Virus record (IMG/VR): IMGVR_UViG_3300020554_000012
Location: 1 to 45,766 of that record
Direction: 5' to 3' (one strand)
Origin: a virus
Taxonomy: Duplodnaviria; Caudoviricetes
DNA length: 45,766 nt
Below are positions 8,862 to 18,814 of this stretch, piece by piece. Below the pieces are notes generated by a model that saw only the letters and a list, made by a program, of their open reading frames with translations, was not told the DNA's origin and did no database searches. How positions within the stretch are numbered: the stretch's first letter is position 1; each line of letters starts with the position of its first letter. Made by a program: the position numbers and the translations under genes.

Positions 8862-8989
8862 TATTGTCTCCTAGCATCTACTTGCGCTCTTAGAATGCCG
8901 AGGCTTCTCTTGAGATCAGCCAATTCCTTCTCGACCTCCGCCTTCCAGCGCTGGTCGTCTCCTTGCGATTGAATACTATTTATGGGCAT
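8861..8989 (-). CDS. 42-aa coiled-coil minor tail protein (not in ORF track)
   Basis: MPINSIQSQGDDQRWKAEVEKELADLK...; TAATG coupling; extended -10 upstream. Confidence 0.65.
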   Translation of the reverse strand: MPINSIQSQGDDQRWKAEVEKELADLKRSLGILRAQVDARRQ

Positions 8990-9017
8990 AATTCATTCTA
9001 TCAAAGTTATAAAAATT

Positions 9018-11630
9018 CTAAGAACCCTGTTCGCCGATTTCGGGGTAGCCCACTTCTCGGAATGGAAATATTTTCTGATCCTGAACCTGATTTTCCCCCC
9101 ACAAATCATCGTGCACGGATACATCGATGTCGCCCCATAGCGAATCAAATTGCCCGACAGTTACATATTCCGTGGCGGAAAATTCTACCGAAAGGTTCCC
9201 AATGGTGGCATCGTTAACCCTGTATATATTATCTCTGTATTGGATAAGAGACCCTGCCACGAAGCCAAATCCTTCGATTGCCGACACCGGGATTGTCCCG
9301 GTTAGAGTAACATTAGGGCCGGCCGCAATGTCGGCTGCGGTTGAGCCAAGATCGTAAGCCTGCTCCAGCGTGTTAATAAATGGATTATTAATAGTCGTGG
9401 CGGTAACTCTTGTAACCCTATCGGTGGGGGCCCCTGTTAATATTTCTACGTTTTTTATGTCGAACAAAACGCCGGAGCCAATGATTGCTAGAGCGCCACT
9501 ATCTGCCCCCTCCCCAGAAGAATACGCAACACTATAGGGGGCCGTCGTTCCCGGTATCTCCTGCCTGGGCCCCTTGAGTCTAACGTTTATCGAGTTTGGG
9601 ATTTGCGTGTTTATGGAAACCTCAAGAAGTCCCTCGTAGTCAGCCCACTGCTGGGGCAAGATGGGAAGGCCGGTCTGGTCAATAATTCCGTAAACGCTAA
9701 AAGGGAAACTGCCGGCCTCTATATAGGTCAGGTATTGCTCAACTTCAATCAGAATTGGCTGCTGTACAAATGACGGCGAGCCTGGTGTTTCTACCGTTGT
9801 TGTAATATCTTCCCCAAAGCTTGCGGTAAAGATTCTATTATTGTCTTCCAGCGAATAATATAGTAAGCCCTGAGAAAGAATGCTTGCGTTGGTATAGGAG
9901 ACATCAATAGCCTGACCAGACGAGGCGGTCGTCGGCGTGATGTTTGGCTGAGGCGCAATGTTTGTAATGTCTATCAGCCTTACCCCGATGTTTCGTGCAG
10001 TTGGCAAATTGTCAACCACGCTAACTTCCGCCCTGCTCGAAGTTGCCGCATCCTGGACATAGTCCCAAACGTTTCCAATTAAAGATGGGACCGACCCGGA
10101 CAGCGAAAAGTTTCCGTCAATAGCATACTCCGGGTTCCTTTCGTATTCAAAAACCTCGTCGGGCCCCAGTGTTCTAAGGTTGTTGGACACGCAGAGCGAC
10201 CTAATGTTTCCGGAAATTTGAACCCGCTGCGTAACGGCATCCCGAGCGTCCGTTTCGTATTGAAGTAGAACGCTAACCGGAGCGCTAAAATCTGATACTG
10301 GACAAACCGAAACAAGTAAATCATATTCGTATGTGACCGCAAGTGTTACCTGATTAACTTTGGACACTCTTTGATATTGAACCGTTACCGCTATCTCCTC
10401 GTTCAAATCAATCGTTGACAGAGAAGTGCTTTCGGTTGTTTGCACCCTGGTGCCATCTAGAGAGTATTCCGATGTAGCGGTTAGTGTTTCGTCTTCGTAG
10501 TCAATTGTTATATTAAAATCTTTCCCGCCGTAAACGGAGGGAAAGGATGGGTTGCCCACCCAAGATACCGAGCAGTTCTCTCCGGACAAAATAGTCTTAA
10601 ACCTTATTGCGTTTAGGGAGCTGATTGATGGACTGATTGGGTTTGGCACGAAGTAGAGTGTGTCAGTTGTTACGTTTTTTGCATAAATATTATTACCAAT
10701 AATTTCGTACGCATTTGTTGTTGGCGTGTATAGCCTCACCTCGTAATCTAAATCTGTCTCAACGCCCGGAACAAATTTTCCGTTCACATCAAATCCGGCT
10801 ACGTGTCCGGCCAGAGAGTAGAATACCGGGTCGTAGGTTCCCGGACTATCAATTCTTGATTCCGTTGGGAAGAGTTCTAATACGATTAAAACTGAAACCA
10901 CCGTTGATGGCGCACCCTCGCCGTCTGCGTTGACGGCACGCACCCTAAAGTAATAAACCTCGCCCTGATCCAAGCCGGTAAACAATCTGTTATTGACTTC
11001 TGGGTCCACGGATGCCGATGATACTCCGGTGGCAAAAGTTGCGTCTTTACTATATTCAATTTTAAATGAACTAACGGGGTTTATCGCCAAACTTTGAGTT
11101 GCTGGAGTAAAGGCCACGAGGGCAGAGCCGGCAAAGAATGAGTTAACCGTAACGCTTGTTGGTGGTAGCGGGGGAACTAAACCCACAACCTTATCAAAAG
11201 TTTCGCTCCATGGCGAGTATGATCCTATAGAAGTATTTTCGGTCCAGGTACCAAAAAATTGTCCCTGGGTAAATACGTTACCATTTCTCATTCTTACTCG
11301 GCAATAGTGAATACTATTATTTGCAATGGCGTTAAACATCGAGGTACCAAACGTTGCGCCCATAAGAAAACCATTGGCGCCAAATTGACCTATGCTATTA
11401 GAAACAGTAGGGTTGGTATAAGTTTTGGTGTTTACTAAAAATGCCGGGTCGGTAGAAACTTGTATTTGGGCACCGGCCAAGGCGGAGCTTCCAACTGAAG
11501 TCGGATAATTCCATGTTATATATAAATACGGGGCAACCCTGGGGAACGGGTCGGGACTCCAATAGCCGTCAAGATCTGGAGTAAAATTTAAGGTCGCTTG
11601 AGTAATAACCGATGGACCGGGTGCCGTCAT
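9018..11630 (-). CDS. Minor tail/baseplate hub protein with fibronectin type III domain(s)
   Basis: PPTSVTV...GLDQGEVYYFRVRAVNADGEGAPS FN3 signature; position after the distal tail gene. Confidence 0.8.
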   Translation of the reverse strand: MTAPGPSVITQATLNFTPDLDGYWSPDPFPRVAPYLYITWNYPTSVGSSALAGAQIQVSTDPAFLVNTKTYTNPTVSNSIGQFGANGFLMGATFGTSMFNAIANNSIHYCRVRMRNGNVFTQGQFFGTWTENTSIGSYSPWSETFDKVVGLVPPLPPTSVTVNSFFAGSALVAFTPATQSLAINPVSSFKIEYSKDATFATGVSSASVDPEVNNRLFTGLDQGEVYYFRVRAVNADGEGAPSTVVSVLIVLELFPTESRIDSPGTYDPVFYSLAGHVAGFDVNGKFVPGVETDLDYEVRLYTPTTNAYEIIGNNIYAKNVTTDTLYFVPNPISPSISSLNAIRFKTILSGENCSVSWVGNPSFPSVYGGKDFNITIDYEDETLTATSEYSLDGTRVQTTESTSLSTIDLNEEIAVTVQYQRVSKVNQVTLAVTYEYDLLVSVCPVSDFSAPVSVLLQYETDARDAVTQRVQISGNIRSLCVSNNLRTLGPDEVFEYERNPEYAIDGNFSLSGSVPSLIGNVWDYVQDAATSSRAEVSVVDNLPTARNIGVRLIDITNIAPQPNITPTTASSGQAIDVSYTNASILSQGLLYYSLEDNNRIFTASFGEDITTTVETPGSPSFVQQPILIEVEQYLTYIEAGSFPFSVYGIIDQTGLPILPQQWADYEGLLEVSINTQIPNSINVRLKGPRQEIPGTTAPYSVAYSSGEGADSGALAIIGSGVLFDIKNVEILTGAPTDRVTRVTATTINNPFINTLEQAYDLGSTAADIAAGPNVTLTGTIPVSAIEGFGFVAGSLIQYRDNIYRVNDATIGNLSVEFSATEYVTVGQFDSLWGDIDVSVHDDLWGENQVQDQKIFPFREVGYPEIGEQGS

Positions 11631-12022
11631 TCGAACGCCTCCACGTTGACCCTACTTCTACCCACTAGCTGGCTTGCCATATCAAGCGCGGACCAAACAG
11701 AGCCGGCACCGAGCGGCGGTATAAATCTTTCCGCGTCAAGTAAATCTAAAACGGTGGAGTGTGTAATGGAAGCAACGAGCCCACTGTCGGAAACGGTTTT
11801 CACGACCCCGCGAATTTCCCCCAGACCGTCATCGTGCGTTGTGATGGCGTCGTTGTTAACGAGCAGCAAAGAGTTTTCTTTGGCCTTCGCGTTTATTGTA
11901 ACCGATCCGGTGCCACCGGCGCGACCGCCAATCTCAACGGGTGAAACAAACTCCTGGACCGACCATCCGGGTTGATTGTCGCCAATGTCGCCCTCCCCAG
12001 ATATCTGAATATTTATCGCCAA
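11627..12022 (-). CDS. Minor tail protein (hub N-terminal-like)
   Basis: GWSVQEFVSP...GGTG motif; ATGA coupling to the 870-aa gene. Confidence 0.6.
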   Translation of the reverse strand: MAINIQISGEGDIGDNQPGWSVQEFVSPVEIGGRAGGTGSVTINAKAKENSLLLVNNDAITTHDDGLGEIRGVVKTVSDSGLVASITHSTVLDLLDAERFIPPLGAGSVWSALDMASQLVGRSRVNVEAFE

Positions 12023-12894
12023 GCGCCAACCTCCATCATCTCAAAGGCCGTGGCCTTGCGTGGTGGGTCTATATAAACATATGACTCCTGCACGACGGGG
12101 GTGGCGAACTCCACCCCGGTGTGACCCTCGCCGTGGATGTGGTTGCTAATTGCGGGTGTCGTGTTGCTATCGGTAATCTGAGCCATCATTGACGTGAGGT
12201 TTAGCACTGAAGTGGGTGTGACTGTTGTTGGCATTGATATTTTTACTGCTTGATAAGTGTCGCCACTAAAAACTCTATTCATCCTAACGCTGCCGGTGGC
12301 GCTAAGTAGGGTTAGATTAACGGCAGTGTCTTCTGCGTTGTTGGCAAGTATTGGAACAACCCTTACAACCGCAGCCCCCGTGGCCGATCCGGATGCCCCC
12401 AGGTGCAAAAACTTTCCGGGGGGAATTGTAATAGTGCAATACGAGTTGGCTCCGGTAATTGGCTCAATATTACTAAGATTAAAAACAGCAGTTTTTGCGG
12501 GTTGCAACCTGGTATTAGCGGCCGTGTTGACAAAAGTTGGGGTTATGTCAGAAATGTTCTTCCAGCCCTTATTGATTAAAGCCGGGGTCGCCCACGCCGG
12601 GGGCAACACATTAGTTGCGTATGTATACGGGTCAACAAAAAAGAATGGACCGTCCCCGTGGAAACCGGATGCGAATCTGGAGTAACCATTAATTCCCTCG
12701 TAGTCCTCAACCGTGCCAGAAACCTGAAACGAAAACATTTTTCTAAACTGATTGGACCTTCTAATATCTCCGCCGCCATTTTCAAACTCAATCGCTTCGA
12801 CATAGGACGCGCTAGAGGAACTCGATTGGATCGATGGCGCTGGCAATAATTCCATATGCACGCCAGGTATCCCGAACCAAAGCTTCTTACTCAC
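12013..12894 (-). CDS. Distal tail (Dit-like) minor tail protein
   Basis: Immediately follows tape measure; LWFG...G.GPFFFVDP...NVLPP.WATP...EVGAW. Confidence 0.75.
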   Translation of the reverse strand: MSKKLWFGIPGVHMELLPAPSIQSSSSSASYVEAIEFENGGGDIRRSNQFRKMFSFQVSGTVEDYEGINGYSRFASGFHGDGPFFFVDPYTYATNVLPPAWATPALINKGWKNISDITPTFVNTAANTRLQPAKTAVFNLSNIEPITGANSYCTITIPPGKFLHLGASGSATGAAVVRVVPILANNAEDTAVNLTLLSATGSVRMNRVFSGDTYQAVKISMPTTVTPTSVLNLTSMMAQITDSNTTPAISNHIHGEGHTGVEFATPVVQESYVYIDPPRKATAFEMMEVGAWR

Positions 12895-15800
12895 GGACGG
12901 CCGCCTTCCGAAATGATTGACTTGTTGCCCTTGTTTGCAGCGCGAGCTATCTCCCTCGAGTCTACGGACACAATGATATCACCAGAGCCGCCGACCGACC
13001 TTAAGAGGTTTCTGTCAACGGGTGACAATTCAACTATCATCGCGCTGGCCGGCGAAGAGGAACCAACCGGACCGCCGACATTGTAGCTGCGCATACCGTT
13101 CTGCAACTGCGCCAGGAATGATGAGTCTGGCATTCCGGTTGACTGGTTTACATACTTTTTGGGAACGACATACTCACCCTTGTGGACAATGCCGGCCGGC
13201 TCCATTGTCCCACCCTGCCCGGTGAAGCCGCCGCGGGAGTATCCTCGGAGATTTCTGAGCTGTCTCTCCAGTGTTTCTAGCTCTCGCTGGAGTCTATCCC
13301 TAGTGGTCTGCCACGCCGCAAGGTTTCCCGCTCTTGCGTACAGCCCACGGTCCGAGTTGTGCGCCGAGATGAAAGTTCTTTGCCTGTTTATCTGCCTTTC
13401 CACCTCAGCAACTTGGGCAGCACTACCGCCGCCGCCACCCCCACCCCCACCGCCCCCACCGAAATTGGGCTGACCCAGGGCTGTATTTAACGCCCTCGCG
13501 GCATCGATGTTTTTATTGAGGCTAGCATTGAGTTCATTAAGTGCCTGGAGTGCGGGGTTGACATTGGCGTCTACCGTAACGTTGCGCGGAACTTTATCTA
13601 TTGCCGTCTGCACGTCATCGAACGCCTTGGCGTACTCTAGGACAACCGACTCCTGGAAGCCAAGCTCGGTTGCCTGCTGAATAAATTCTTGTCTAGCTTG
13701 CTGCGTTGCCGCTGTAAGCTCGGCCTGCGTCGCACCAGATTCCGCAAGAGCCGTAATGTAGTCTTGGTATTCCCCAACCAGGCCAAGAAGGGCGCGCCTG
13801 TTCTGAATAGATGCGGGATTGGAGCCGGTTAGGTTGCCGCCGGTAGCGGCTTGAGATTCTTCCAGTCTGCTGGCGTTCTCGGCCTGCTCGCGGTCTAGTT
13901 CGGCAATCTCGTTGCGCAGCTTTGCCGCCCTTAAGGTATCGCCATACGCCTCGGCAACCGATAAGAAGTATTCTTTAATTGCCCTATCCGCGCCAAGGCT
14001 TTGCTGGGTAGCTTGTAGCTCTTCAATTTCTTTTCGCGCATCTTCTACTCGATCTGCCAGGTCGGCCCACGATTCGGCAATGTCGTCAATCGCCATTGTT
14101 TCAGCAAATCTAATATCAAACGCGCGGCTAAAGACTTGCTCGAGGTCGGATGCGTAATCAAGTAGCGTGCGAACTTCTTTCTGCGCGTTCTGTACGCCAC
14201 GGTTGAAGTTGTCGAGGTTGATGTTGGAAAGACCACCGCCGGCAGTGTTAATAAACTGCTGCACCTGTGCCTCTGTCATACCGAACTGTGCGCCGACCTG
14301 AGAGATTGCTTGACGAAGAATCTGTAGTGATGGTGCCGACTGACCTCCAGCCGTTTTGGATAGGTGTACGAATAATGCGGCAAGATTAGCAACGCCTTGT
14401 TCGGCGCTTCCCGACTGAGCCAAGATGGCTCCGATAGCATCTTGCATCTCGTCGCTGGCATACAAAGCCTCGCTTCCGGTTTCGCCGAAAGCCTCACCCA
14501 GTGCGAAGATTGCGTCCTCCGTGTCTCTGCCCAAGTTGATTGCCTCAAACATGGAGTTGGTGAGCTTATCGAATTGCTCAGCAAGGGTCTCCGCCCTAGC
14601 GCCAGCTCCACCCATCTTTGTTCCGGCATCTTCAGCACCAGCGCCAATGCCACTAAATAGGTTGACAAGAGGCTCTGCCTTAGAAATGAGGAATTCCATT
14701 TTATCCTCGACCGTTGTCAGGCCCTCTGGCATTCCCTCGATTCCTAGGGTTCCGAGGTCTGCTGCGGCAGCCAATTGGAGCATGGCCTGTGTCAACAATA
14801 GTGCCATCTGTGACGTTCCCTGGCCCTCGTCCTTGAGCCTTTGCAGTACGGCGTTCATGTCTCCCAGTCGGTCTTGAACGCTCCTGAATTCATTGCCCGC
14901 CAGGGCGACAATCATTTCCTGAAAGCTTTTGGATGTAACGTCCGATGTGTCTGCGCCATTGGCGAGTTCGTCGAAGAATTTTCCAACAGCGTCGCGTCCG
15001 GCGCCCGCCGCATTCTCTGCGCCGAACAATGACTCCATTAGACCGTCTACCTCGCCAGCAGCAAGTGCCGCCTGGGCCTCAAGTTGGGGCATTCCCTCGT
15101 TGAGAATATCGTTTGCCTTTGCGAGCTCGAGAATTCTTTCGGGATTGCCCGCCTCCACGTATCCAGTGAGAGCGTCCTTGGCGGCGTTTATTGCATCTAT
15201 TTCGTCACGGTTCTGAAGGAATAGTGTACTAAAGAATGCTCCAGTAGAGGAGTACATATTCGTTGCTTTATCAATCTCGGCAAATACTTCATCAAGCCTA
15301 GCGCTTGCCTCTTCCGGGTTTCCTATGATTAAGTCGGTAAAACTTTCAAAATTATCAAACTGGCCAACGAACGCCGTGCTTACTTCTGGTATTGAAAGGG
15401 CCCCTTGGATTTCCGGGCTCTCCGATGCCTGCTGGCGCAAGTAGAGTGCAACATTTTCTCCGAGTATTAGATACTCGTCCGCGGCTTTTTTGGCCGCCTC
15501 GGCCTCGGCATCAAGGCTCGACACGAGATCGCCCGATGTAGATACAGAGTCTCCCTGGACATCAAGTAATCTTCTGGCCTTTTCTTCTTGTAGCTCAGTG
15601 GCGGCTGCTTCTTTCTCTTTTGCTACTGCAACTCTTCTGCTTAATTCGTCAATTGCCTGAAGATAAAAGGGTTGGTCACTGCTTGTTTTCTCAACACCAA
15701 TTTGAGCCTTTTCGAGAACCATATAGCCCTCGGCCGCTTCTTTTGCGGAATCGGAAAGTTTGCTGTACCCATCCGCATCGGCCTGCAAAGCCTTCGATAA

Positions 15801-17612
15801 GCCGGCCTGGTCGGAAAGCAAGCTGTTCGTTACTGATTGAACCTGCTGCACGCGCTGTCCATAGGCGGACATAATCCCACCCACGACAGCGATAGCAACA
15901 CCAATCGCACCGAAAGCCAGGGTCCCGAACTTTATTGTCGTAGCAAGCCTCATGAAAGAAGCGTTGGCCGTGAGCGCACCAAGTCCAGCTGACTGTAAAC
16001 CCTTGGCGCTAAAAATAGCCCTGAAGCCAAGAAGGCCAAGGTCGACACCCAGTGTTCTAGACGCAAACACAAGCGCGCTGAATCCAGCAATTAGTGCGGT
16101 AAGAATTGCTCCCGCGGCAGTAGCGGCGGATACTACAAGGGCCAGCGCAATAGCAACACCGGAAAGAATTTGACCCGGAGTGGTGGCAAGGAAGTCTGTA
16201 ATTCCGGCGGTAACATTGCTGAGGGAAGCGAACAATTGAGCAAGGCCGGGGATTGACTGCCCCACGGTTGCGGCAAGTAGTTCAAAGTTTTGTACAAGTC
16301 TACGAAGTTCTTCTGCCGTGGTGCCGGCAATAATTGCGTATTGCTCTTGAATCTTTTGACCGCGATCGAACTCATCATTGCTTAGAGCAACAAGACGGCG
16401 AACCTCGTCAGAGCTTTGCGCCAAACGTAGCAACGCTGGAATGTCGCGCACGGAGGTGATGCCGAGATCGCGCAGGGTTCTCTCGGCGTCGCCAGCGGTC
16501 TGGCCCAGGCCATCAAAGAAGTCTAGGATTACATTGATTGATTGCGAAGTTCCCCACGCTGAGGTAAATTCTTCTGCGCTCCTACCCGAGAGTCTAGAGA
16601 ACTCCTCGAGCTCGTATCCACCCGTTGCCACAGCAGCGCCGATATCAGAGAAGAGCCTGGTTACAACACCACGCGCAAGTTCCGGTGCGATACCGAGCGA
16701 GGCCAGCGATCCGGAAAGACCAATAATATCTGCAGCGCTAAGTTCAGCCAAGTTACCCATCGAGGCAATCTGCGTAGCCACGCCAACAATCTGAGATTCT
16801 GTAGCAATAGAGTCAACACCGACCGCGAGGATTGCGGAGCCCAACTCGGCGAACTGACCCTCGGCACCATCGATGAGCATGGTAAGTCTACCGAACGCCG
16901 TTGCAGCAGCCTCCACAGTAAGGTCGGTGGTTGCGGAGAACTTGGCCACGTTGTCAGTAAAGTCAGCAACAAGTTCTGTAGAAATACCCAACTGTCCGGC
17001 CAGTGTGGCTATGTCGGTGATTTCAGTCCAAGAAATTGGCGTTGCTTGGCTAATGTCCCTAAGCGCCCCAAGAAGCTGGTCCCTGGCCTCGTTAGCAGCC
17101 TGCCCCGCCAAGTCACTTGTGCGGACTACGTTGGCAAATTCTCTTTCGTACTTAATGGCAAAGCCGATTGGCGCTACGGCAAGGGCGGCAGTGGCGAGGG
17201 CTACCTGACGAAGACTGCTGGAGATGTCATAAAGAGCGTACCTAAGTGCCGGCTTGCTAATTTTTTCAAGCGCTTCGCCATAAGCTTTGGTCGCAGCAAT
17301 GCCTCTCTTGAGACTATCAATCTCTCGCTGGCGAACTTGAATCTGTGCGTTCTGCCCACCAATAGAACGCCCCAGTGCCGCTCGCTCTTCCTTGAGACTA
17401 GCAATCTTGCGTTGTCTGGCTGCGGTAAGCTTCTTATCGGCAGCAAGCTCTTCGTTAATCTTGTCAATGCGCTGACGATTAGAGGAAACGTTCCCTTCGG
17501 CTTTTTTGTTCTGCGCCTCTAACTGCTTTAGCCTCTTTGTTAGTTCGCCAATTCTTTCAATAATTTGGTCAGCATTACTTGATATGTTAATGCTGATATC
17601 ACTGGTGGCCAA
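12891..17612 (-). CDS. Tape measure protein
   Basis: 1573 aa, Ala-rich helical, TP901-like core (AGQLGI...DFT), central TM block, C-terminal GGFTG...AGIVHKGEYV. Confidence 0.95.
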   Translation of the reverse strand: MATSDISINISSNADQIIERIGELTKRLKQLEAQNKKAEGNVSSNRQRIDKINEELAADKKLTAARQRKIASLKEERAALGRSIGGQNAQIQVRQREIDSLKRGIAATKAYGEALEKISKPALRYALYDISSSLRQVALATAALAVAPIGFAIKYEREFANVVRTSDLAGQAANEARDQLLGALRDISQATPISWTEITDIATLAGQLGISTELVADFTDNVAKFSATTDLTVEAAATAFGRLTMLIDGAEGQFAELGSAILAVGVDSIATESQIVGVATQIASMGNLAELSAADIIGLSGSLASLGIAPELARGVVTRLFSDIGAAVATGGYELEEFSRLSGRSAEEFTSAWGTSQSINVILDFFDGLGQTAGDAERTLRDLGITSVRDIPALLRLAQSSDEVRRLVALSNDEFDRGQKIQEQYAIIAGTTAEELRRLVQNFELLAATVGQSIPGLAQLFASLSNVTAGITDFLATTPGQILSGVAIALALVVSAATAAGAILTALIAGFSALVFASRTLGVDLGLLGFRAIFSAKGLQSAGLGALTANASFMRLATTIKFGTLAFGAIGVAIAVVGGIMSAYGQRVQQVQSVTNSLLSDQAGLSKALQADADGYSKLSDSAKEAAEGYMVLEKAQIGVEKTSSDQPFYLQAIDELSRRVAVAKEKEAAATELQEEKARRLLDVQGDSVSTSGDLVSSLDAEAEAAKKAADEYLILGENVALYLRQQASESPEIQGALSIPEVSTAFVGQFDNFESFTDLIIGNPEEASARLDEVFAEIDKATNMYSSTGAFFSTLFLQNRDEIDAINAAKDALTGYVEAGNPERILELAKANDILNEGMPQLEAQAALAAGEVDGLMESLFGAENAAGAGRDAVGKFFDELANGADTSDVTSKSFQEMIVALAGNEFRSVQDRLGDMNAVLQRLKDEGQGTSQMALLLTQAMLQLAAAADLGTLGIEGMPEGLTTVEDKMEFLISKAEPLVNLFSGIGAGAEDAGTKMGGAGARAETLAEQFDKLTNSMFEAINLGRDTEDAIFALGEAFGETGSEALYASDEMQDAIGAILAQSGSAEQGVANLAALFVHLSKTAGGQSAPSLQILRQAISQVGAQFGMTEAQVQQFINTAGGGLSNINLDNFNRGVQNAQKEVRTLLDYASDLEQVFSRAFDIRFAETMAIDDIAESWADLADRVEDARKEIEELQATQQSLGADRAIKEYFLSVAEAYGDTLRAAKLRNEIAELDREQAENASRLEESQAATGGNLTGSNPASIQNRRALLGLVGEYQDYITALAESGATQAELTAATQQARQEFIQQATELGFQESVVLEYAKAFDDVQTAIDKVPRNVTVDANVNPALQALNELNASLNKNIDAARALNTALGQPNFGGGGGGGGGGGGSAAQVAEVERQINRQRTFISAHNSDRGLYARAGNLAAWQTTRDRLQRELETLERQLRNLRGYSRGGFTGQGGTMEPAGIVHKGEYVVPKKYVNQSTGMPDSSFLAQLQNGMRSYNVGGPVGSSSPASAMIVELSPVDRNLLRSVGGSGDIIVSVDSREIARAANKGNKSIISEGGRP

Positions 17613-17656
17613 AGGGATTCCTTACAGGATGCGGGCGTTATATATATTCTACCCCA

Positions 17657-18118
17657 TTACGCTTTTCTGCCCTGGAGTATATGTGGGCCAGAGTTGCGCT
17701 GCTGAACATTGGACATCCCGTTCTTGCGATGCTGTTCGTCTAGCCATTCTTCTCGGGTTGGCATATCTCCACCGTCAATAACCTTCGGTTCGGCTACATA
17801 ATATTTTCCGTAAGACTTTGACTTCTTCTTCGAGTCGGACTCTTGCGCCCTCTCAATGGACGCTCGAGACTTAGAGAAGCGAGCTTTGGCGTCAAAGGTT
17901 ACACGATCAGACTCATCCCACCATAGTGGAATACCATCCCTGTACCAATCCTCCAGGATATAGTGCGCCTTGAGTAGTCGGTAGTCCCACATCGTCCACT
18001 TCTTGTGCGATGGGTCGCTAAAAATAACAGCAATGGGTGGTTGCCCCGTACCGACCGCGGCCTTGAGGTAGGTCGCTATGAACCTATTCTGTGGCCAGGT
18101 TAGGGCTTCGCTAAAAAA
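17657..18118 (-). CDS. Tail assembly chaperone, -1 frameshift extension (gpGT-like)
   Basis: The -1 frame is open from slippery T TTT TTA (18112-18118): FSEALTWPQNRFIATYLKAA...WTMWDYRLL..., ending at 17657. Confidence 0.85.
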   Translation of the reverse strand, partial: FFSEALTWPQNRFIATYLKAAVGTGQPPIAVIFSDPSHKKWTMWDYRLLKAHYILEDWYRDGIPLWWDESDRVTFDAKARFSKSRASIERAQESDSKKKSKSYGKYYVAEPKVIDGGDMPTREEWLDEQHRKNGMSNVQQRNSGPHILQGRKA

Positions 18119-18726
18119 TCCTCACCAGTGTCCATGGTGAAGATTGCCGTAGACGCCCTCAGCTTTTCAATGGCCTCATTGATTCTTACCATTGCGTTCA
18201 GCGGGAACGATTCGCGCATCGTGCGGATGGTGGAGTAGGCAAACTCTGTTTGCTCGTCGCCATCGGGGTTTACAATCTTCTGGATATGACCTTGCCACAA
18301 GTAGTCAGTAAAGAGTGCGTCACGTTCCGGTGAGTTTTTTTCAATCTTATTAGACTCGACACCGATAAGACTAGAGATACCGCTCTGTGCTTGATACTCG
18401 ACGGGATACTTCTTTACTGCCTGACGGTAAAACTCTTCCCTCTTACCCTCGGAGATACCCATAAGATGCACGGTATATTTGGAGGCAACCAGTCGGGCTT
18501 GGGTCTCGTTACGCTTTGTTGTCAACTCTTCGCGCTGAACATTTTGTTTTTCTGTAAGCCCCTCGAGTTCCTCTGCAATTGTAGAGAGTTCGTACATGGC
18601 TGCTTCGTCCATGTAAATATCAATCTCGGTCTTGGGGTAGCCACGCTCTTGTAGAACCTGGACAATATTAAAAGTGCCGGGTGCCTTGGCGGCTTCTACC
18701 GACTCAAGGATATCTTCTTCTGACAA
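18100..18726 (-). CDS. Tail assembly chaperone (gpG-like)
   Basis: Between tail tube and tape measure; ends EDFLAKP over the slippery site; AGGAGG RBS. Confidence 0.88.
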   Translation of the reverse strand: MSEEDILESVEAAKAPGTFNIVQVLQERGYPKTEIDIYMDEAAMYELSTIAEELEGLTEKQNVQREELTTKRNETQARLVASKYTVHLMGISEGKREEFYRQAVKKYPVEYQAQSGISSLIGVESNKIEKNSPERDALFTDYLWQGHIQKIVNPDGDEQTEFAYSTIRTMRESFPLNAMVRINEAIEKLRASTAIFTMDTGEDFLAKP

Positions 18727-18770
18727 TGTTCCTCCTAGTTTGTGAACACCTTGATACTATCACAGCAAAG

Positions 18771-18795
18771 AAAAAACCCCCGCCGAAGCGAGGGC
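18771..18795 (-). terminator. Intrinsic terminator after the major tail gene
   Basis: CCCTCGC-TTCG-GCGGGGG-TTTTTT on the minus strand. Confidence 0.85.
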
Positions 18796-18814
18796 CTTTC
18801 CCGTCCTAAGGTAG

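Noticed and set aside
7002-11630. Diversity-generating retroelement or invertible tail-fibre switch
   Set aside because: No reverse transcriptase, invertase or template/variable repeat pair noticed by eye.
13159-13473. Poly-proline ORF and other plus-strand ORFs within 6-31 kb (except 22382)
   Set aside because: Antisense shadows of clear virion genes, with no motifs or initiation signals.
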